The translations under genes were made by a program, and so were the position numbers. This document shows, piece by piece, positions 57,842 through 64,000 of a stretch of DNA of 64,000 nt; the stretch's first letter is position 1; every line of letters starts with the position of its first letter. The notes beneath the pieces were generated by a model that was not told the origin of the DNA, searched no databases, and worked only from the letters and a program-made list of their open reading frames with translations. Source of the DNA: Thermodesulfobacteriota bacterium (GTDB taxonomy: Bacteria; Desulfobacterota_D; UBA1144; Nemesobacterales; Nemesobacteraceae). The stretch spans positions 320,001 to 384,000 of the forward strand of contig OZ241855.1 of NCBI GenBank assembly GCA_965202785.1, read 5' to 3'.

Positions 57842-59395
57842 ATGGGAAAAAAGCCGTTCTACGTAACAACACCTATTTACTACGTAAACGACGTGCCGCA
57901 CATCGGTCACGCCTACACGACCATAGCCGCGGATACCGTAGCCAGATACAAGGCTGCAACGGGACATGATGTCTACTTTCTCACGGGGACTGACGAACAC
58001 GGGAGAAAAATAGAACAGGCTGCCCAGGCGGGTGGGGAAACTCCCATAGAACTTGCCGACAGGGTGGTAGTGAAGTTTCAGGACCTGTGGAAAGTTCTGG
58101 GTATCTCGAACACCGACTTCATAAGAACCACGGAACCGCGCCACTACGATGCGGTTGCCGAGATCTGGAAGTTAGTAGAAAGAAACGGGGATGTATACCT
58201 TGACGAGTACGAGGGGTGGTACGACGTAAGAAACGAGGCTTTCATAACCGAAACCCAGCTTGAAGAGATAATGAAGCTTCCTGAAGCAAGCCGCCCTCAC
58301 CTGGAAAAAATAAAAGAGGAAAGCTACTTTTTCAGGCTCTCTCGTTACCAGGAGCCTCTTCTGCGTCACTACAGCGAGCACCCCGAGTTCATAAAGCCCG
58401 ATTACAGAAGAAATGAGGTCGTAAGTTTCGTCGAGGGCGGGCTCAGGGACCTAAGCGTAAGCAGGACGAACTTCTCATGGGGAATTCCTGTTCCCGACGC
58501 CGAGGGACACGTGATCTACGTATGGTTCGACGCTCTCACGAATTACATGACATCTCTTGGTTTTCCTGAAAAAACGGAGAGCTTTGAGAAATTCTGGCCG
58601 GCGGACATACATCTTGTGGGAAAAGACATCCTCAGGTTCCACGCGGTCTACTGGCCCGCGTTTTTGATGTCGGCGGGACTCCCGCTTCCGAAGACAGTCT
58701 TCGCCCATGGGTGGTGGACGGTAGAAGGGGAGAAGATGTCGAAGTCTCTGGGAAATGTGATTGATCCCTACCAGGTTGTGGAGGAGTTCGGTTCCGAGAT
58801 CTTCCGCTATTTTCTGCTTCGTGAAATACCTTTCGGGCAGGACGGGGACTACTCCAGAAAATCGCTTGTAAGCCGCGTGAACGGAGAACTCGTGAACGGA
58901 CTCGGAAATCTTGTGAGCCGTTCGCTCGGGATGATAGAGAGATACCTCGGGGGTGTTGTTCCGGAGCCCGCTGAGTTATCGGAAAGTGAGAAGGAAATAG
59001 AGAATTTCTACCGAGAGACGGCAGAACAAGTCCACTCTGATCTTGAGGAGCTCGCCTTTAACAGGGCGCTTTCCCGCATATGGGAGTTCATAGCGCTTGT
59101 AAACCGCTACGTTGATAACACGACGCCCTGGAAACTTGCTAAGCAGGAAGAACAAGGCAAACGGCTCGAAACAGTGCTTTGGACGCTTGCTGAGAGCATC
59201 AGGGTGATTTCCCTCCTTGCCTACCCGTTCCTGCCGGAAACCGCCCGCGATATCCGAGAGAAAATTGGTCTTTCTCCCGAACTCGGCGCCGAGGATGCGG
59301 ACTGGGGAGGTACGAAACCCGGAACGGCAATAAAGAAGGGAGAAAATCTTTTCACGAGGGTAAAAGAAAAAGACGTAGAGGTCAAATCGCGATGA
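57842..59395 (+). CDS. metG: Methionine-tRNA ligase (short form)
   Basis: TTPIYY.N..PHIGH, GTDEHG, YVWFDAL, KMSKS. Confidence 0.96.
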   Translation: MGKKPFYVTTPIYYVNDVPHIGHAYTTIAADTVARYKAATGHDVYFLTGTDEHGRKIEQAAQAGGETPIELADRVVVKFQDLWKVLGISNTDFIRTTEPRHYDAVAEIWKLVERNGDVYLDEYEGWYDVRNEAFITETQLEEIMKLPEASRPHLEKIKEESYFFRLSRYQEPLLRHYSEHPEFIKPDYRRNEVVSFVEGGLRDLSVSRTNFSWGIPVPDAEGHVIYVWFDALTNYMTSLGFPEKTESFEKFWPADIHLVGKDILRFHAVYWPAFLMSAGLPLPKTVFAHGWWTVEGEKMSKSLGNVIDPYQVVEEFGSEIFRYFLLREIPFGQDGDYSRKSLVSRVNGELVNGLGNLVSRSLGMIERYLGGVVPEPAELSESEKEIENFYRETAEQVHSDLEELAFNRALSRIWEFIALVNRYVDNTTPWKLAKQEEQGKRLETVLWTLAESIRVISLLAYPFLPETARDIREKIGLSPELGAEDADWGGTKPGTAIKKGENLFTRVKEKDVEVKSR

Positions 59396-59595
59396 CCAAG
59401 GCAGGCTGAAGTGCCGTCCGCCGAGTCGTAACATATAAATCCGTACACGTAAAAAGTTTGTGGCGTTTCTCTCATATTCTCAATTGCAAAACGCCGGAAA
59501 ATGTGATTGTATTTAAAATTAGAATAAGGAGAGTTTTTCAAATATTTGATTCCGTCCTTAAATTCAAAACACCCTACTCTAAGGAGGTACTTGGT

Positions 59596-60615
59596 ATGAG
59601 AGTGATAAATTTTTTAGTGATTATGGCCGTACTGTTTTCATTCACAGTCATGGCTGATGCTGGCACCCTTGAAGATGTAAAAACGCGGGGCAAGCTTAAT
59701 TGTATTGTTTCATCGGGCTTGGCCGGATTCGCATCTCCGGACGAAAAAGGCAACTGGCAGGGTTTTGATGTCGATTTCTGCCGCGCCGTAGCCGCTGCCG
59801 TGCTGGGAAGCGGGGACAAAGTGAAATTTGTACCGACTACGAATAAAACGCGGTTTACCCAGCTAAATGCTGGTGAAGGCGACATACTGTTCCGCAACAC
59901 CACCGAAACGCTGAGTCGTGACGCTGACCTGAAACTGACCTTCCTGCCCATTAACTACTATGATGGTCAGGGCTTTTTAACACGCAAAAGTCTTGGGGTA
60001 ACGTCAGCAAAACAGCTGGCCGGAGCTTCGGTGTGCATCCAGACCGGCACCACCACGGAACTTAACCTGGCGGATTACTTCAGAGCCAACAAAATGAAGT
60101 ACGAGCCTGTCAATACCGAAACCAATGAAGAAAGCATCGTCGCATACGAAAGCAAAAGATGCGACGTGTACACAACCGACGCGTCGGCTTTAGCCTCTAC
60201 GCGAGCGGCGCTGAAAAATCCTTCAGAGCATGTGATTCTTCCCGAAATCATTTCAAAGGAACCCCTGGGCGGCGCAGTGCGCCACGGCGATGACCGTTGG
60301 GCTGATATCGGAAAGTGGGTGGTTAACGCGCTGATTATCGCAGAAGAGATGGGCATCACCCAGAAAAACGTCAAGGAACTCGCTAAGAAGTCTGGAAATA
60401 ATCCGGGTATGAACCGTTTTCTAGGCACCGAAGGCAGCATGGGCGAAATGCTCGGTCTTGACAAGAAGTGGGCCGTTAACGCAATTTTAGCCGTAGGCAA
60501 CTACGGGGAGATATTCGAAAGGCATCTGGGGCCCAAGACTCCTCTAGCGCTTGAAAGGGGGCTTAACGCTTCCTGGAAAGCAGGGGGAATTTTGTACGCA
60601 GCGCCCATTCGCTGA
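59596..60615 (+). CDS. aapJ: General L-amino acid ABC substrate-binding protein
   Basis: G.DVD.CRA.AAA, RNTT.T.SRD, YYDGQGF, GTTTE.NL.DYF, ISKEPLG, VGNYGE. Confidence 0.92.
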   Translation: MRVINFLVIMAVLFSFTVMADAGTLEDVKTRGKLNCIVSSGLAGFASPDEKGNWQGFDVDFCRAVAAAVLGSGDKVKFVPTTNKTRFTQLNAGEGDILFRNTTETLSRDADLKLTFLPINYYDGQGFLTRKSLGVTSAKQLAGASVCIQTGTTTELNLADYFRANKMKYEPVNTETNEESIVAYESKRCDVYTTDASALASTRAALKNPSEHVILPEIISKEPLGGAVRHGDDRWADIGKWVVNALIIAEEMGITQKNVKELAKKSGNNPGMNRFLGTEGSMGEMLGLDKKWAVNAILAVGNYGEIFERHLGPKTPLALERGLNASWKAGGILYAAPIR

Positions 60616-60663
60616 TCGTGAGTAAACGTCAATAATGATTCAAGCCGCAGCCGCAGCACGAAT

Positions 60664-61839
60664 GTGATGGATCCAAAAGCTTCACTGTCTCGATTGTGGA
60701 GGGATGAGCATTCCCGATCCGTTATTATTCAGGTCCTCGCAGTCGTGCTGATCTTCGGCTTGTTCGCCTACCTAGTAAGAAATGCCATTGTCAATCTTGA
60801 AGCAATAGGCAAAGGGTTTAGTTTCGGCTATCTGCAGGAGCCCGCAAGCTACGATATAAATCAGCATCTAATAGAATACACGTCCCGTTCCACTCACTTC
60901 CGCGCAATGCTGGTTGGAATTCTAAATACCCTTCTGGTGGCGGTAAGCGGCATAGTTCTGGCAACGGTTCTTGGATTCTCGCTGGGCGTTCTGCGGCTGT
61001 CGAAAAACCTGCTGGCAAGCAAGCTTGCCCACATCTATATTGATTACGTAAGGAATGTACCCGTACTGCTCCACATACTCCTTGTATACGGGATCATAGT
61101 TAATACGCTTCCCGTGCCCAGAGAGGCGCAAAGTCTCGGCGATATCGCGTTTCTGACTAATCGCGGCTTTTTTCTTCCCAAACCGATTTTTGAACCTCTG
61201 TTTCTGGTGATTCTGGGCCTGTTCGCCGCGGGAATTGTTTTCACAATATGGTTCCGCAGATATGCGGCGGATATACAGAGAAAAACGGGAGAGCACTACC
61301 CGGTGTTCTGGATATCGCTGGGGGCCGTGCTGGGAATTCCGTTTATCTCCTATTTTCTGATAGGTGGTCCGATCACGTTTGAGATACCCGCGCTGACGGG
61401 ATTTAACTTTAGCGGAGGCATGGTGGTCAGGCCTGAATTCACCGCACTCTGGATTGCGCTTTCCCTGTATACGGCCGCGTTTATCGCCGAGATAGTAAGG
61501 GCCGGCATCATCTCCGTCAATTACGGGCAGACCGAAGCGTCCCTGGCCCTCGGGATAAACCACGGCAGAACGCTTAATCTGGTCGTGATTCCCCAGGCGC
61601 TGAGGGTGATAGTACCGCCGCTTACCTCGCAATATCTTAACCTTGCCAAGAATTCATCTCTGGCCATCGCGATCGGCTACATGGATATAGTCGCCACCAT
61701 CGGCGGCATTACGCTTAACCAGACGGGCAGGGAAATGGAATGCATGATTATCGTGCTGTTGCTGTATCTCTTATTATCCCTGCTGATATCTTTCGCGATG
61801 AACATCTACAACAAACGAATCAGGCTGGTTGAACGTTAG
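60664..61839 (+). CDS. aapQ: Amino acid ABC permease
   Basis: RN.P.LL, YTAAFIAE.VR.GI, PQALRVI.PP..SQYLNL.KNSSLA. Confidence 0.92.
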   Translation: MMDPKASLSRLWRDEHSRSVIIQVLAVVLIFGLFAYLVRNAIVNLEAIGKGFSFGYLQEPASYDINQHLIEYTSRSTHFRAMLVGILNTLLVAVSGIVLATVLGFSLGVLRLSKNLLASKLAHIYIDYVRNVPVLLHILLVYGIIVNTLPVPREAQSLGDIAFLTNRGFFLPKPIFEPLFLVILGLFAAGIVFTIWFRRYAADIQRKTGEHYPVFWISLGAVLGIPFISYFLIGGPITFEIPALTGFNFSGGMVVRPEFTALWIALSLYTAAFIAEIVRAGIISVNYGQTEASLALGINHGRTLNLVVIPQALRVIVPPLTSQYLNLAKNSSLAIAIGYMDIVATIGGITLNQTGREMECMIIVLLLYLLLSLLISFAMNIYNKRIRLVER

Positions 61840-61851
61840 GAGGAAATAGTT

Positions 61852-62961
61852 ATAAACCAAAAAAACTACAGAGTTGGAGAACACCCCGATCTTCCGCCGC
61901 CTCGTAACGTAATAGGGATCTACGCCTGGACAAGAAAAAATTTCTTCTCAAGTGCCACAAACATAGTCTTAACGCTTCTGGCGTTCTGGTTCCTGATTGA
62001 AACCGTTCCCGCGCTTGTGGACTGGCTGTTTCTCGACGCAGCATTTACCGGGGGAAGCAGAGATGAATGCAGCGCCAAGGCTGGCGGTGCGTGCTGGGCA
62101 GTGATAGGTGAACGTCTTAACCTGTTCACCTACGGTTTTTACCCGGCCGCTGAGCGCTGGCGGGTGAATCTTTCACTTGTCCTGCTGATTTTCACTCTCT
62201 TTCCGATACTCTTTGAAAAAGCGCCTTATCGCAAATACGCTCTTCATATCGCGGTAGCCTTCCCATTCGTCACCGCATGGCTTCTGGTCGGAGGACTGGG
62301 TCTTACACCTGTCGAAACCGACCAGTTCGGCGGTTTCATGCTTACCCTGGTCATCGGGATAACCGGCATCGGGTTTTCATTGCCGATCGGGATTCTGCTG
62401 GCTCTGGGTCGTCAGTCGAAGCTCCCCGCCATCCAGATATTTTCAATAGGCTTCATTGAGTTTATCCGCGGAGTACCGTTGATTACTCTTCTGTTCGTAG
62501 CTTCGACGATGCTTAATTATTTCCTCCCTCCGGGAGTGACTTTCGATCTTCTGCTGCGCGTACTGATTATGGTTACCCTTTTCGCGTCGGCATACATGGC
62601 GGAAGTTATCCGTGGAGGTCTGCAGGCAATACCGAAAGGACAGTTCGAAGCCGCGGATTCAATGGGGCTTCACTACTGGTCCGCCATGAGGCTGATCGTA
62701 TTGCCCCAGGCGATTAAGATTTCCATACCCGGCATAGTGAACACTTTTATCGGACTATACAAGGATACGACACTGGTAATTATTATCGGACTTCTGGATC
62801 CGCTTGGAATAGGCAGGGCGTCTCTCGCAGATACAAGGTGGACGGGGCTCTCCACCGAGGTTTATCTGTTCGTGGCAATATTCTTTTTTATCTCTTGTTT
62901 TGGGATGGCAAGATATTCACAGCACCTTGAAAAAAAACTGGAAACCGATCATAAAAGATAA
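61852..62961 (+). CDS. aapM: Amino acid ABC permease (non-canonical start inferred)
   Basis: Conserved N-terminus PDLPPP...W.R.NFFSS lies upstream of the first GTG (62017); [20 protein letters not shown]. Confidence 0.88.
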   Translation: MNQKNYRVGEHPDLPPPRNVIGIYAWTRKNFFSSATNIVLTLLAFWFLIETVPALVDWLFLDAAFTGGSRDECSAKAGGACWAVIGERLNLFTYGFYPAAERWRVNLSLVLLIFTLFPILFEKAPYRKYALHIAVAFPFVTAWLLVGGLGLTPVETDQFGGFMLTLVIGITGIGFSLPIGILLALGRQSKLPAIQIFSIGFIEFIRGVPLITLLFVASTMLNYFLPPGVTFDLLLRVLIMVTLFASAYMAEVIRGGLQAIPKGQFEAADSMGLHYWSAMRLIVLPQAIKISIPGIVNTFIGLYKDTTLVIIIGLLDPLGIGRASLADTRWTGLSTEVYLFVAIFFFISCFGMARYSQHLEKKLETDHKR

Positions 62962-62966
62962 GGAGC

Positions 62967-63761
62967 ATGGCACAAATGACCCAAAAACCTGAATCAGCGA
63001 ATGAGAAAACAAAATCGGCCGCGGGGAACTATGCGGTAACAATGCGGGATGTGCACAAATGGTACGGCAAGTTCCATGTGCTTAAAAACATCAATCTTAA
63101 TGTCGAAGTCGGGGAAAAAATCGTTATATGCGGCCCATCGGGTTCGGGAAAATCAACATTAATCAGATGCATCAACCGGCTGGAGGAACACCAGCAGGGA
63201 GAAATCTTCGTTGAGGGAATAGAATTGTCCCATGATATCAAGAACATCGAGACCATTCGGCGCGAGGTGGGCATGGTCTTTCAGCATTTCAACCTGTTTC
63301 CGCATCTGACGGTGCTTGAGAACTGTACCCTTGCCCCCATATGGGTCCGCAAAATGCCTCTTGCGGAGGCAAACGCAATTGCCATGCAATACCTGGAAAG
63401 AGTCAAGATACCCGAGCAGGCGGACAAGTACCCGGGTCAGCTCTCCGGGGGCCAGCAGCAGCGCGTGGCGATAGCGCGAAGTCTCTGCATGAAACCCCGG
63501 ATACTGCTGTTTGACGAACCCACATCGGCACTTGACCCCGAAATGATCAAGGAAGTGCTAGATGTGATGATTCAACTGGCAAGCGAAGGGATCACCATGA
63601 TATGCGTGACCCATGAAATGGGATTCGCAAGAACTGTCGGCGACCGCGTTATCTTCATGGACAACGGAGAAATAATTGAGGAGAACAACCCCGATGACTT
63701 TTTCCTGAACCCGCAGCATGAAAGAACGAAGCTGTTTTTAAGCCAGATACTGAATCACTGA
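62967..63761 (+). CDS. aapP: Amino acid ABC ATP-binding protein
   Basis: [33 protein letters not shown]. Confidence 0.95.
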   Translation: MAQMTQKPESANEKTKSAAGNYAVTMRDVHKWYGKFHVLKNINLNVEVGEKIVICGPSGSGKSTLIRCINRLEEHQQGEIFVEGIELSHDIKNIETIRREVGMVFQHFNLFPHLTVLENCTLAPIWVRKMPLAEANAIAMQYLERVKIPEQADKYPGQLSGGQQQRVAIARSLCMKPRILLFDEPTSALDPEMIKEVLDVMIQLASEGITMICVTHEMGFARTVGDRVIFMDNGEIIEENNPDDFFLNPQHERTKLFLSQILNH

Positions 63762-63803
63762 TGGAGAATATGATTATTTTACATAAGGGAGGGGGCAGAA
63801 ATC

Positions 63804-64000
63804 TGATTCCATCCTTAAATTCAAGACATTTTATCCTGCTTAAGAAGATAGTGGATATGAGAGCAACGAAGTTTCTGGCAATTATTGCCGTACTGTTTTC
63901 ATTCACAGTCATGGCTGATGCTGGCACCCTTGAAGATGTAAAAGCACGAGGGAAGCTTAACTGTATTGTTTCATCGGGCTTGGCCGGATTCGCGTCTCCG
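63804..64000 (+). repeat. Direct repeat of 59547-59739
   Basis: 57-nt identical block (59626-59682 = 63887-63943) and shared upstream TGATTCC.TCCTTAAATTCAA. Confidence 0.9.
63857..64000 (+). CDS. Second aapJ-like substrate-binding protein (3'-truncated by window edge)
   Basis: MRATKFLAIIAVLFSFTVMADAGTLEDVKARGKLNCIVSSGLAGFASP, nearly identical to the N-terminus of the 59596 gene. Confidence 0.9.
   Translation, partial: MRATKFLAIIAVLFSFTVMADAGTLEDVKARGKLNCIVSSGLAGFASP

Noticed and set aside
1-64000. tRNA, rRNA, CRISPR, prophage or IS elements
   Set aside because: None recognised on reading; tRNAscan-SE and Infernal could not be run

Overview
About 64 kb of gene-dense bacterial chromosome. 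Most of it is housekeeping: rseP, purK, trmFO, glyQS, tatA, rng, hisAF, dgt, mqnAD, dapF, prfA, zapA-ygfA-rny, tmk, acs, cofGH, holB, metG and an aap/bzt amino-acid ABC operon. By inference only, the gene style suggests a diderm deltaproteobacteria-like lineage such as Ca. Dadabacteria, and the accessory genes suggest a marine invertebrate (sponge) symbiont. I saw no rRNA, tRNA, CRISPR array, integrase or transposase. Main leads: (1) two unrelated secreted proteins share an ungapped 41-aa GGGGC-x8-SAF-TM-KR C-terminal tail, a candidate lineage-specific protein-sorting system; one of them also has tandem Cache-like domains and a G11 tract at its start; (2) a rhodanese-SufE-SufU-nitroreductase-fold gene run with no cysteine desulfurase; (3) an AT-rich DUF697-like plus membrane-tailed PD-(D/E)xK-like two-gene cassette; (4) a 6S-RNA-like sequence overprinted by zapA and ygfA extensions; (5) a broken purE; (6) an aapM that lacks a canonical start codon; (7) a porin followed by two BCCT transporters with diverged binding motifs. 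All family calls come from reading motifs by eye; no searches were run.
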